A model generated the notes under the pieces. It did not search any database. It was not told the origin of the DNA and was given only the letters and a program-made list of their open reading frames with translations. From the human T2T-CHM13v2.0 reference genome, Homo sapiens, in assembly GCF_009914755.1 (NCBI RefSeq), contig NC_060925.1: 64,000 nt of DNA, one strand, 5' to 3'. The translations under genes were made by a program, and so were the position numbers. Below are positions 35,088 to 60,565 of this stretch, piece after piece; the stretch's first letter is position 1; every line of letters begins with the position of its first letter.

Positions 35088-35385
35088 GGCTAGGCGCGGT
35101 GGCCCATGCCTGTAATCCCAGCACTTTGGGAGGCCAAGGCAAGAGGATCATGAGGTCAGGAGATCGAGACCATCCTGGCAAACACGGTGAAACGCTGTCT
35201 GTACTAAAAATACAAAAAAAATTAGCCAGGCGTGGTGACGGGCACCTGTAGTCCCAGCTACTCGGGAGGCTGAGGCAGGATAATGGCGTGAACCTGGAGG
35301 CAGGACTTGCAGTGAGCCGAGATGGCGCCACTGCACTCCAGCCTGGGCAACAGAGTAAGACTCCATCTCAAAATAAAAATAATAA
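35088..35385 (+). mobile_element. AluY-like element
   Basis: GGATCATGAGGTCAGGAGATCGAGACCATCCTGGC..ACACGGTG and ATGGCGTGAACC diagnostics. Confidence 0.85.
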
Positions 35386-35503
35386 ATGTTTAACAAAGCA
35401 AAAGAGAATGCCACTTAGTATGACCAAGAAAAAACAGCATGAAAATTTCAAAAGAAATCTATCAACAAAAACAACAACTAAATAAATAAAAGGATCCAGC
35501 CTA

Positions 35504-35710
<207 letters not shown>

Positions 35711-37099
35711 TTATTAAAATAAAGGAGATCATGAAAACATAGAAGTACAGTTTTCAAGTGAGATATAAAAAACCAAAACATAAAAGAATGGATGAAATAA
35801 TTTCAGAGCTATTTATTATATATTCCTAGAATAGAATATATACATTTTTGGGTATGTCTGTGTAATATTTAAAAAATTTGATCTTGTATTCAGCTACCAA
35901 AAACAAATAAGAAAAAAAAAAACCTTTCAATTAAAAAGATACTGAATTTTACAGTCCACATCCTATAAAAGTTTAAAACTTTACAAAGTGAAAGTAAATA
36001 AAAACATCACTACACACAACCCAAAATAAAAATGGACTCCATCTGGAAATCAAACCTAAATTACAAGCTATCTAGAAAAAAATGCAGCAGAAACAGTTCA
36101 TACTCAACTCTATTATTTCCATCTGTAGACTTAAATGTTTAAAAACAAAACTAATAAAACTTAGTTCTTTCCTTGACAAATTTTTTAAAAAAACAGAAGT
36201 ATGAGAACAGAATTAAATATAAAAGCTGAAATATATACATTACTGAAAACAAAATTGATAACCTAAAAATTTTTTGAGAAAAAAGTAAAATCTTTAGGAA
36301 TCTAATGAAGAGAAAAAAACATAGAGAAGTCAGAATGGAAACAGACAAAGCAAAACAATTTTAAAAGATTACTAAGCCTATATCAGAAAATACTCCATGT
36401 AACTCTAAAGCAAGCAATATTAAAATCTAGCATAAATGGCCAATTTTCTAGTAAAATATGATTCATCAAAAGCAAAACAAGAATTAAACTTGAAGAGACA
36501 TGTAAGCATACAAAGATTAGAAGACGTTGCCATTTAAAAAAAAATACAAAATCCAGATAGTTATACAGGAGAGTAATGCTTAAAGAATAAACCAGCATTC
36601 CATTATTATTTGAACCAATCTAGAACAAAAGAGTGAAAATCCGAATTCATTTTATAGAGCCCGACATTGTTTTACTATTAAAACCTACCAAAGGCAATGC
36701 AAAAGAAGAAAACTGCAGACCACTCCAGCGTATTGACTCTACATTTCTAAATGAAATATTAGCAAACATTCTGTCAATCTGTCAAAAGAATATTATGATC
36801 AGTAAGGTTTACCAAGAATTCAAGGATTATTCAACGGAAAGAAATTTAACAAAATAATCATATCAAAACAACTGAAGAAGAAAACTATATGGTTATATAA
36901 ACAGATGTTAAAGTGGCATATGATAAAATTCAGACATTTTTAGTAAGAACACTAAAAAAGAGAAGCAAACAACCTAAATATGAAAGAATCATTTACCAAA
37001 ATATTAAATAGCATTTAAAGCTAGCAAAACCTTAAAGGAAAAAAAAAAAACAAAAACACTTCTCTATTCAAGTCAGAAACCAGGCATGTCATTTACCAA

Positions 37100-37325
37100 A
37101 GAGGCAATATACAAAATTATTAATGGAACAGATTCTGGAGCCAGACTACACAGATTTAAATCTCAACCCCTTCAGAGCTGTTAATTCCTTAATCTTTGAG
37201 TCTTAGTTTCCCCTTTGCAAAACAGGGATAACAGTACCTACCTCAAAGGTTGTTGGGAAGACTACATGTTTATACATATAAAATGTGACACACACTAAGT
37301 GCTCACAAAATGTAAGCTATTATTA
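37100..37325. mobile_element. MIR SINE
   Basis: TCTGGAGCCAGAC..CTTAGTTTCCCCTTTGCAAAACAGGGATAACAGTACCTACCTCA core. Confidence 0.7.
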
Positions 37326-37351
37326 CAAGTTACTATTCATCTCAAAGATTT

Positions 37352-37563
37352 TAGAGCATCACTGTGTAACAGAATTTTCTGCAATAATGGATACGTGCTG
37401 TATGTGCACTGTTCAATGCAGTACTCAATACAACACTGGCCACTGAGCACTTGCAAAATGGCTAGTGGAACCAACAAACTAAATTTTAAAATTTCATTTT
37501 AGATAACTAAAAATTAAATCACCACCAGTGACTAGTTGCTATGGTACAGGACACTGCAGTTCT
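37352..37563. mobile_element. MER3-type hAT MITE
   Basis: AGAATTTTCTGCAATAATGG...CCACTGAGCACTTGCAAAATGGCTAGTG pattern. Confidence 0.65.
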
Positions 37564-38443
37564 AGAAAACACAGGATACCTGAGATGTCACTTATTTTTT
37601 AAGACTACTAAAATTTAAAAGATAAGTTTACAACAAAATGAAGGTACAAAAAAAATTAACAGCTGGACCACTTTCAATAATGGCACAAGGGAAAGCAAAT
37701 CCTCTCTTCAAAGACAAAGTATAAAACTGTACAAAACTGTCACAAAGCAAAAAAGCAAACAACGAATTCAGACCACAGGGAATCAACTACTGTCATGCAA
37801 AATGAGACACACTTATTCTACAAAGACTGCTAAAGTTTCAGGTAAAAGCAATGAAAGGCACTGGCCCTCTTGCTTGAGGATGCTCCCATGGTCCCCATTT
37901 AGTCCTAAAGTCTGGTCTGAAAAATCAGTAGTTTTACTAGAATGGGGCTGACCATAAAAACAGCAGCTTTGCTGTCACACACGGTAGAATCAATTGGGGA
38001 GAGAGGTGAATGCGAAAACATGAGATTTGCCAGGTATAAATTAGTATCTGTCTGGAAAGAACAGGTTTTGCTATACCTGGGTTGGGGGTCACACAGCAAG
38101 CAGCAGATCAACCACATTAATACAAAGAAACTTGAAATGAGAGAGTCACGGAAGGGCTAAGATCAACTCTCTATACAGACATGGCTAATTGGGACACTGC
38201 ACATACCAAAGGGAGACACAAGAAAGCCCTGAAAAAACTAAAGGCCAAGTGAGAATAAAAACAAAGATTTCAAAGCAACTATTATAAATATTTTAAAAGA
38301 ATAAAAAGGAACCAGTGTTCAAATAATAAAATAATATGGCAAAGCCTCAACAAATAAGAAGTCTTAAGAGCGAACTATAAAAAGAAGCCACACAGATTAA
38401 AAGTACATGCAAAATAAAAAATTCACTACATATCTGGGCTTCA

Positions 38444-38782
<339 letters not shown>

Positions 38783-39483
38783 TTAAAATTTAATTTCAAT
38801 CCAATCAAAAAAATCAGAGAGGAAAAAAGACTGACGAGAAAAGAACAGATCCTCAGAAACCAGTAGAACAATGTCAAGCTCCCAACATAAATGTAATAAA
38901 AGTCACAGGACATAAGAGCAAAGAAATAGAAAAAATGTTTGAAGAAATAATGGTGGAAAATGTCAAAACCTGATGAAACACATTAATCTGCAGATTCAAA
39001 AAGGGGAGAGAACCACAAACAAAATAAACACGAAATGAATCAAACCAAACACATCACAGTCAAACTGCTGAAAACCAGGAGAAAAATAATTCATCAAGGA
39101 AACCAATCCATCAACATCTGACTTTTCATTAAAAATATGGAGGCCAGGAAGCAATAAAATGACATATTCAAACTACAAATTATAAACCAAGAATTGTATA
39201 TGCAACAAAAATATCCTTCAAAAATGAAGGCAAAATAAAAACAGCCACAGGTAAACAAAATTTGAGAGAAAGTCACACTTAGCTTATTTGTACCACAAAA
39301 AATCTAAAGGAAGTCTGTCAGGATGACAGGAAATAAAACCAGACTATATAAATGTAACAATCATGACTATAACAATACAAAAGATAGAAATGGAGCTACA
39401 GTGGAACAAAGTTGCTATATTTTAACAAAATGAAGGTAGTATTGTCCTGAAGTGAATTGTGGTGTTAAAGATATATCATAATT

Positions 39484-40270
39484 AGCCGCCCCATCCAGCA
39501 GGGAGGTGGGGGGCAGCCCCCGCCCGGCCAGCCGCCCCGTCCGGGAGGGAGGTGGGGGGCAGCCCCCGCCCGGCCAGCTGCCCCGTCCGGGAGGGAGGAA
39601 GGGGGCGCCTCCACCCGGCCGCCGCCCCATCCGGAAGGTGGGGGCGCCTCTGCCCGGCCGCCCCTGCTGGGAAGTGAGGAGCCCCTCTGCCCGGCCGCCA
39701 CCCCGTCTGGGAGGTGTACCCAAAAGCTCATTGAGAACAGGCCATGATGATGATGGCGGTTTTGTGGAATAGAAAAGGGGGAAATGTGGGGAAAGATAGA
39801 GAAATCAGATCGTTGCTGTGTCTGTGTAGAAAGAAGTAGACATAGGAGACTCCATTTTTGTTCTGTACTAAGAAAGATTCTTCTGCCTTGGGATGCTGTT
39901 GATCTATGACCTTGCCCCCAACCCTGTGCTCTCTGAAACATGTGCTGTGTCCACTCAGGGTTAAATGGATTAAGGGCGGTGCAAGATGTGCTTTGTTAAA
40001 CAGATGCTTGAAGGCAGTATGCTCCTTAAGAGTCATCACCACTCCCTGATCTCAAGTACCCAGGGACACAAACACTTCGGAAGGCCGCAGGGTCCTCTGC
40101 CTAGGAAAACCAGAGACCTCTGTTCACTTGTTTATCTGCTGACCTTCCTCCACTATTGTCCTATGACCCTGCCAAATCCCCCTCTGCGAGAAACACCCAA
40201 GAATGATCAATTTAAAAAAAAAAAAAAAAGAAGTGAAAAGGCCCTGCCCCGCCTTAAAAAAAAAAAAAAG
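39484..40270 (+). mobile_element. 5'-truncated SVA retrotransposon (partial VNTR, SINE-R, poly(A), short 3' transduction, second poly(A)); older B-D-like subfamily
   Basis: GC-rich VNTR units GCCGCCCCGTCCGGGAGGGAGGTGGGGGG, SINE-R ending GAAACACCCAAGAATGATCAAT, TSD AGA(T/G)ATATCATAATT at 39469-39483 and 40271-40285. Confidence 0.96.
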
Positions 40271-40539
40271 AGAGATATCATAATTGCAAGAGTTACAACT
40301 AAAACAAAAACTAAAAGAAAATTTTAAGGTACACTAAAAATATTGGTAAACATAGAAGTCTCAGTAAAGAAGGAAAAGAACAAAAATGACACACGGAAAA
40401 CAACTAGCAAAATGGCATACCTAAATCCAACTATATCACTGAGTAAACACTCCAATGAAAAGAAGAGATTGTCAAACTGGATAAAAAGTAAAATCCAACT
40501 ATATATCCTCTGAAAGAAACATTTTTAGATTCAAATACA

Positions 40540-40629
40540 TAAATAGGGATAAAGTAAAAGGAGAGGAGAAGATAAAATCATGAATAAATAGGGATAAAGT
40601 AAAAGGAGAGGAGAAGATAAAATCATGAA
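40540..40629. repeat. Perfect 45-bp tandem duplication
   Basis: 40540-40584 is identical to 40585-40629. Confidence 0.95.
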
Positions 40630-41044
40630 AGCTGTTGCCATAAGACAGCTGGAGTAGTCACACTAACATCAGAAAAAAAAAGATTCTTGGAGTCCGGAGT
40701 TTGAGACCAGTCTGGCCAACATGGTGAAACCCTGTCTCTACTAAAAATACAAAAATTAGCCAGGTGTGGTGGCGCATGCCTGTAATCCCAGCTACTCGGG
40801 AGGCTGAGACAGGAGAATAGCTTGAACCCCAGGAGACGGAGGTTGCAATGAGCCAAGATCACGCCACTGCACTGCAGCCTGGGCAACAGAGTAAGACTCT
40901 GTCTCCAAAAAAGAAAGAAGAAAAAAAGATTCTCAAAGCATATTACTAAGTAAAATGAAGCATTTTATATGTTAAAGAATCAATACATCAGATACATGTA
41001 ACAATTATAAATGTAAATGAACCAAACACAAAATTAAAACCATA

Positions 41045-41775
<731 letters not shown>

Positions 41776-41777
41776 TT

Positions 41778-41970
41778 AGTCCAACAAAACTTTCTGCCAT
41801 GACAAAATGTTCTATATCTGCACTGTCTAATATGGCAGCCATCAGCCACACATGATTACTGAATACCTGAAATGTGACAACAGTGACTAAGGAAGTAAAT
41901 CATCAATTTCATTTACGCTTAATTTTGTCACATATGGCCATTAGGTACCACATTTAACACCATGAACTTA
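41778..41970. mobile_element. MER3-type hAT MITE
   Basis: GTCCAACAAAACTTTCTGCCATGAC..TGCACTGTCTAATATGGCAGCCA pattern. Confidence 0.65.
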
Positions 41971-42325
41971 GAGAGAAATGTATAGCTTCAAAGACATATA
42001 TTAGAAAGGAAAAAAACATCTAAAAGCAATCATCTCAACATGCCCCTCATTAAGCTCGAAAAAGAAGACCAAATGAAAACATTACATAGGACGAAATAAA
42101 GATCAGAGTAGCTATGAATAGGGAAGAAAGGGGAACGAAACTCAAAGCTGGTTCTTTGAAAACAACTGATAAACAATTACCTAGATGGGAAAATGAGTGC
42201 AGGGAGGGAGATGGGGGGAGATAGAGAAGACAGATTGGTATTGATCTAAAAAGAAAAGAGAGCACATTGTGCCAAAACCAAAAATGAAATATAAGACTTA
42301 ACAAGAGATCCTGCCAAAATGTTAC

Positions 42326-42701
42326 TGATATGGTTTGGATTTGTGTCCCCACCCAAATCTCATGTTGAATTGTAATCTCCAATGTTGGAGGAGGGCCCCG
42401 GTGGGAGGTGATTGGATCACGGGGGCAGATTTCCCCTTTGCTGTTCTCATTATAGTAACTGAGTTCTCATGAGATCTGGTTGTTTGAAAGTCTGCAGCAC
42501 TTCCCCCTTCACTCTCTCTTCCTCCTGTCAGCCGTATGAAGATGTGCTTAACTTCCCTTTCACTTTCTGCCATGATTGTTTCTTAAGGCCTCCCCAGAAG
42601 CAGAAGCCTGCACAGCAGGAAGAACCAGAGAAACCTCTTTTGTTTGTAAATTACCTAGTCTCAGGTATGTCTTTATAGCAGTGTCAGAATGGACTAATAG
42701 A
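42326..42701 (+). mobile_element. MSTA-like MaLR solo LTR
   Basis: TGATATGGTTTGGATTTGTGTCCCCACCCAAATCTCATGTTGAATTGTAAT start; GAATGGACTAATA end. Confidence 0.88.
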
Positions 42702-44101
42702 ACTATGAACCTCTTATGCCAAGTTAGACCACTAAAACAAAATGGGTCAAATTCTTTAAAAATACAAATTACCAGCTAGGTAATCCCAGCACTTTGGGAG
42801 GCTGAGATGGGAGGATCACTTGAGACCAGGTGTTCAAGACCAGCCTGGGTAACACAGTGGGACCCTGTCTCTACAAAAATAATTTTTTAATTAGCTAGGT
42901 GCGATGGTGCACACTTGTAGTCCCAGCTACTCAGGAAGCTGAGGCAAGAGGACTGCTTGAGCCTATGAGATGAAGGCTGCAGAGAGCTGCGATCACACCA
43001 CTGCACCCCAGCCTGGGCTACAAAGCAAGACCCTGTCTTGAAAAAAAAAATTTTTACCAAACTGACTCAAGAAGACATAGAAAAACTCAATCTGAATACT
43101 AGATCAGTAATTTAAAATCTACAAAAAGGAAAGTCCAGACCCAGTTGGGTTTTTTTTTTTTCTTTTTGAGATGGAGTCTCTGTCTGTGGCCCAGGCTGGA
43201 GTGCAGTGGCATGATCTCACTGCAACCTCTGCCTCCTGGGTTCAAGTGATTCTCCTGCCTCAGCCTCCCGAGTAGCTGCAACTACAGGCACCCACCACCA
43301 CGCTCAGCTAATTTTTTGTATTTTTAGTAGAGACGGGGTTTCGCCATGTTGCCCAGGCTGGTTTCAAACTCCTGAGCTCAGGCAATCCACCCGCCTCAGC
43401 CTCCCAAAGTGCTGGGATTACAGTGTGAGCCACCGTGCCCGGCCCCAGTTGGTTTTAATGGTGAATTCTCTCAAGGAAGAAATAATACAAACCTCAAACA
43501 AACTCTTTAGAAAATAGAGAAGAAAAAACATATTTCAAGAGGCCAATATCACCCTGTTACCAAAGACATAAGACAAAGACATCACAGATAAAATATTACT
43601 AGAAAACTACAGACTGAGGAGTAGAGGAGTATTAGAAGAGGAGATGAAAACGATGCCCAAATTTCTGGTTTAGGAAACCGGAACAATGAGATGACTGTTA
43701 CAGTTTGTAAGTGGAGGTTTGGAAACTACAATTAGTTCAAGTTTAGAGACAGTAAATTTGAGACACATCTGGGTCACTCAAGAAAAGATGTTAAGCAGGC
43801 AGTTGTGCTAAATAAAAATGTACATAACTGAGTTTGCAAAAAGATGTTTTATTTTGAAATAATGGTCTGCCAGACAAAATTCAAGGAGCTCTTAAGAGCT
43901 TGTTAGTGTGTTGTTTCAAATTTTATAATAAAGATGAGATAGTCAGCATTTCATACTTTGGAAACTTACAGACTTAAATGAGTTATTTTATATTCTTTTA
44001 TACTGTTTGAAACTCTAACCATGCCCACGTTTTACTTTTTCTAAATAATTTTTTAATTGAACTGGTAAAAAAATAAAAAAAACTTGGCTAACTAACCATC
44101 A

Positions 44102-44807
<706 letters not shown>

Positions 44808-44989
44808 TTATTAAAGTCTCCAAAACTCCAAACTCCCAAGAGCAGAGATAATCTAACACTGCCTTGCAGAGAATAGGAATTAAAAGCATGAATTTAGTGA
44901 GTCATGATTCCATAATCTCACGACTATAATCTGTAAAATGTTAGGACCAAAAGAACTCAGTATTTCCACTGCTGGGATCTTAAATAAAG

Positions 44990-48200
<3,211 letters not shown>

Positions 48201-48519
48201 CATTAAAAGAAGATGGAGGCCAGGCACAGTGGCTCACACCTGTAATCCTAGCACTTTGAGAGGCTGAGGCGGGAGGACCGCTTCAGCCCAGAAGTTCAAG
48301 ACCAGCCTGGGCAACAATACAAGACCCCATCTCTACAAAAAATTAAAAAATTAGCCAGGCGTGGTGGCATGCGGCTGCAGTCCCAGCTACTAGGAGTCTG
48401 AGGTGAAAGAACTGCTTCAGCCCAGGAGGTCAAGACTGCAGTGAGCTATGATCGCATCACTGCACTCCAACCTGGGCAACAGAGCAAGATCTGTCCTTTA
48501 AAAAACAAAAACCAAAAAA

Positions 48520-50935
<2,416 letters not shown>

Positions 50936-51068
50936 ATGAGTGGCTATATTAATATAAGATCAAATAGACTTCAGAACAAAAATCAAAGGAAACTATGTAC
51001 TTTTCAGAGAAAGATCTTGAGGTGTTGCCATTTATATAAAAGAAATAATTTTATTTGCATTGACCTAG

Positions 51069-52004
51069 GGTCGATTCTCATCATTTATAGTAGTTATATT
51101 CTATACAGTTGCTGCAAACAATAAATTAACAAATTAACTAAACTATTGCTCCTAGAGGAAATGCAGGATTAGGTTCCTGCAAGCCTCTGGTCACAAAATT
51201 TTCATCAACCAGTCAATACATAACATTTTTATATGCATTTATATTTAAAGTCACTTTAAAACATATTGCTGAGGGCTGGATGCAGTGGCTCAAGTCTATA
51301 ATCCCAGCACTTTGGGAGGCTAAAGTAGGTAGATAAAGCTTGAGTCCAGAGTTCAAGACCAGCCTGGGCAACATGGTGAAACCCAGTCTTTACAAAAAAT
51401 ATAAAAAATTAGCTGGGTGTGGTAGCATGGGCCTGTAGTCTCAGCTACTCAGGAGGCTGAGGTGAAAGGATCACTTGAGACCAGGAGGCAAAGGTTGCAG
51501 TAAGCCGTAACTGGGCCACTGCATTCCAGCCTGGGTGATAGAGCAAGACCCTGTCTCAAAATAAATAAATAAATAAAATATATCGCTGGTTCATTAACAC
51601 TGAATTCAAAGCCAAAACACTGTAACTCATACATGAATGAAGCTTACCTTACACGTGTTTTCTCCATAAAGCACAAACATCCTTCATGCACTTAGCAACA
51701 CTACGGGGCACTTCAGCTTTATTACATTTAGGGCCATTTGAAGCAGTGAAGTCAACAAAAAGCACAATGAGAACATGGCCACAACAAGGACACATATTTA
51801 TGCTATGAGTGCTGAAAGAAGGCAAAGCATCTCCCAGTTTGACCTCAGCTGGGAATATGTGAATTGGGCGAGTCAAATTTTTTGCTGCTCTGCCCATGTG
51901 TAGGGATGACTGTGAAGGCACTGCTATTATTAATACTGGGGTTACAAATAAATTTTAGCATGTAGGTGAATTCTAAAACACAGAATCCATGAATGAGAAT
52001 CAAT
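51069..52004. mobile_element. MER82 (TcMar-Tigger) non-autonomous DNA transposon, interrupted by an AluJ (about 51274-51580)
   Basis: GTCGATTCTCAT... and ...ATGAGAATCAAT terminal inverted repeat remnants; internal GGTTCCTGCAAGCCTCTGGTCACAA. Confidence 0.8.
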
Positions 52005-52079
52005 TTTTAACATACAATAAAACGTACTTTAAAACACATGATTTTAAAATTTCTAGAAGGAAAAACATTTTTAACATAT

Positions 52080-54090
52080 TTTAACATTTTTATTGTGGTA
52101 TATACATATAACATAAAATTTGCCATTTGAACTATTATGTATGTATATTATGTATACAAGTATACAACTATCAGGTATGTTATATGGCATTAACTACATT
52201 CAACATGTTGTGCAACCATCCAACCATCACCATAATTTTCAAAACCTTTTATCATCCCAAACAGAAACTATATCCATTAAGCAACAATCGCCCATTCCTC
52301 CCCCACTCCCATCCTAAACAACTCTCTATTCCCTCCCTATTCTCCCTGCAAGCCCTTGGTAACCTCTAGTCTACTTTCTGTCTCTATGAATGTGCCTATT
52401 CTGGACATTTCATGTAAGTATAATCTTATATTTGCCCTCTTATGTCTGTCTTATTTCACTTATGTTTGCAAGGTTTACTCATATTGCAGCATGTATCGGA
52501 AATTCATTCCTTTTCAGGACCAAATAATATCCCATTACATGTATATACATTTTATCAATTCATCTGTTGAACACTTAACATTATTTCCACCTTTTGGCTA
52601 CTGTGAATAATGCTGCAATTAATACTGGCAAGTATCTGTTTGAGTCCCAGTGTTCAATTCTTTTGGGTCACAGATATGTAAGAATGGATTTGCTAGGTCA
52701 CATGCTAATTTTATGTTTAACTTTCTGAGGAACCACCAAACTGTTTCCCACAGTGGCAGCACCATTTTACATTCCACCAGCAATATAGGACTCTAATTTC
52801 TCCACATCCTTGCCAACACTTTGTTGTTTTTTAACTAGAGCCACCCTAGCAGGTGTGAAGTGGTATCTCCTTGTGGTTTTGTTTACATTTCTCTTAATAA
52901 CAAACGATCTAGTGTATCATTTCATTTGCTTATTGGCCATATATACATATCTTCTTTGGGGAACTGTCTATTCAGATCTTTTGCCCATTTTTAATTGGGT
53001 TGTCTTTATTATCAGGCTGTGAGAGTTCTTTATATATTTCACTATCATCCAATACATGACTTACAAATACTTTCTCCCATTCTGCAGGTTTTCTTTTCAC
53101 TTTCTGAATAATGGCCTTCAATGTACAAAAGTTTTACATTTTGATCAAGTCCGACTTACTATTTTTTCTTTAGTTGCTCATGCTTTATTTAGGTTGTTAC
53201 TTGTCTTTGTTTTGTTTTTGTAGAGACAGGATCTCACTATGTTGCCCAAGCTGATCTCAAAATCCTGGCCCCAAGCAATGCTCCCACCTCAGCCTACCAA
53301 AGTGCTATGATTACATGCGTAAGCCACCATGCCCAGCCTGTTGATATATTTTGAGTTAACTTTTGCATATGGTGTGAAGTAGGGGTACGACTTCATTCCT
53401 TTGCATGTGAAAATCCAGTTGTACCAACATCCTTTTTTTGTTTTGAGACACGGTCTTGCTCTGTCAGTGCACTGCAGTGCAGTGACACAATCACAGGTCA
53501 ATGCAGCCTCAACCTCCCCAGGTTCAAACAATCCTGCCTCAACCTCCCAAGTACCTACCAGGGACCACAGACGTGAACCACATCTGGCTTTTCTTTTTTG
53601 AGATGGAGTCTCGCTCTGTTGCCAGGCTGGAGTGCAGTGGCACGATCTCGGCTCACTGCAACCTCCGCCTCCTGATTCAAGCGATTCTCCTGCCTCAGCC
53701 TCCCAAGTAGCGGGATTACAAGCATGCACCACCACGCCCAGCTCATTTTTCTATTTTTAGTAGAGATGGGGTTTCACCAGGTTGGCCAGGATGGTCTCGA
53801 TCTCCTGACCTCGTGATCTGCCCACCTTGGCCTCCCAAAGTGTTGGGATTATAAGTGTGAGCCACTGCACCCCGCCATTTTTTTTTTAATTTTATTTAGA
53901 GACAGGGCCTCACTATGTTGCCCAAGCGAGTCTTGAACTTCAGGCTCAAGTGATCCTCCTGCCTCAGGCTCCCAAAGTGCTGGGATTACAGGTATGAACC
54001 ACCATGCCTGGCCCAATGTCATTTTTTGAAGATACCAATATTTCTGCCACTGAATGGATCTGGCACCATTGTCCAGTATCACTTGGATAT
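52080..54090 (-). mobile_element. L1M ORF2 3' end and 3'UTR, minus strand (sense to TRIM33), with four minus-strand Alu pieces
   Basis: TTTATTGTGGTATATACATATAACATAAAATTTGCCAT 3' terminus; GAGGAACCACCAAACTGTTTCCCACAGTGGC antisense ORF2. Confidence 0.85.
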
Positions 54091-54664
54091 ACTGGAAGGA
54101 CAGATAAAGTATTAACACAGGTTATGTGTTGGGGGAGACAGGAACTGGATGAGGATAAGGAGTGGGAGGGAGGCTTCTCAATATCCAGCTTCGTATACTT
54201 ATTTAACTTTTCAACCAGTGGGAAAGTACTGTTTACTCAAAAGCTAAAACAAATTTAACATTTTAAAACACAACTGCTAGGCAAGCCATAAAATAGGATA
54301 TATACCTGACAAAAGAGTCATGATTGGAATATATAAAGAATCCTACAAAAGCACTGGGAAAAAAGGTAGACAAACCACAGGGGAAAAGGTAAGCACAACC
54401 CGAACAGGCAACTACAAAAAATGATATTCAAAGGCCAACAGCCGTACTAAAAGATGTTGGACTTTACCGGTTCTCACAGATCTGCAAATTAAACTATAAT
54501 GCTAGTTTACTTAAGTACTTAAATAAACTTTTAAAAATTATGAAATCAAACTAACTATAAATTAATTACATCCACCTTAAAAATGACTAATCAGATTCTA
54601 CCAAGTCAGGACAAAAACAGAAAATTGGCAGCCTAACTGGTATTATTTGGCCAGAATAGAGTAG

Positions 54665-54886
<222 letters not shown>

Positions 54887-56269
54887 TGAACTCCTGACCT
54901 CAAGTGGTTCGCTCATCTCGGCCGCCCAAAGTGCTGGGATTACAGGTGTGAGCCCCCATGCCTGCCAAAATAGAGTATTTTTTAAATGCAAGAAGGCTAG
55001 GCAAGTTTCACTACTCTCAATGTCTTATACTAGTTACTTTCCTAGTTCCTGAAGGCATCTGAGTTTGTGCTATCAGCTTAACATGGAAAGGCCACATTTA
55101 GGTATAATTTTACCACATTACCTCGGTGGCCTCATTTGTTTAAAAAAGAAACAAGGATAATATTATCACCCTGAAATAATTCTTTTTAATTGGGCAAAAC
55201 TTCATTCCGCAAAATAGAATGAGTCTTCCCTCTGAGAGGATTTTTATAGGCAAATAAGATAACACGAAAAAGTTTTATCTTTAACGTAAGATAAAACATA
55301 ACAAAATATGTTATTTTACAGACAAGGAACAGAAGTCTAGACAGATTCAAATAAACTTATCCACAGCTAGTTCTTTCCTGCCATTATTAATTCAGATAAT
55401 CTACTTTGAAAGCATTCAACATAAATTGAGGAAGGAAAACAGAGAAGAGAAAATTGGATGGATGTCAAGAGCAGCCTAGATTACAGCCAAAAGCATAAGG
55501 ACTAAAATCATATAATACACAAATGAAAAAGAGGGAATCACCTCCAAACCAACATTAAGAGCAGAAATAGTAAATTTCAGCTATGACTAATTCTTTTGAA
55601 CCATATTTCAACAAATATCTGGTTTACTGAAATCAAATTTATTACTAATTTATTATAAAATGTATTATACTGTTCTTTAATATAATCTCTTACCTCTCCA
55701 GCGAGATTCAGTGGGTCCAAGGTTCATTACATACATCCCTTTTATATGCCTCACAACAAATGAAGGTAATGTTCAACACAAAGCAGAAAATGTAATATAC
55801 GAAGGACAGCTGAAATGCAGTGCTCTTATTACTTTCAATACTTCAGATTCATAAGCACAGTAATACAGTGAAATGATTCTCAATACCTTACCCTCATATC
55901 TGCCCTACGGCAGACAAAAAACTGATGGGGATCTTTTGACTGACATTAGCTTTTTGCTTAAGTATTTACTTTGTGAGGGATAGTATTTAAGCCAACCCTC
56001 AGTGATGGGAAAAGAAATGAGTTGTGTAACTTGAATTTTAGCATTCTATTAATAAACCACACATGGATGACAGGCCAGACTGGTCCAAAATTCATTTGTG
56101 GAATTCATTCTGGCAGTCATTTGTGATGTTAGAAGTAGAACCCTGTAAATTCTCATTCTTCCAAATCTATTGTGGACAACAGGTCAGGCTGTACACACAA
56201 CACTGCCTGAAATCTGATTCATAACCAACACCTAACATGTCCCATCAAACGAAAACATGGGATGTGGCA

Positions 56270-57490
<1,221 letters not shown>

Positions 57491-57499
57491 TCTAAAGCA

Positions 57500-60540
<3,041 letters not shown>

Positions 60541-60565
60541 CATGAAAAGACAGCTCTCTAAAAAG

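Noticed and set aside
39415-40327. GC-rich island and 88-158 aa ORFs suggesting a promoter or gene
   Set aside because: Fully explained by the SVA VNTR and SINE-R.
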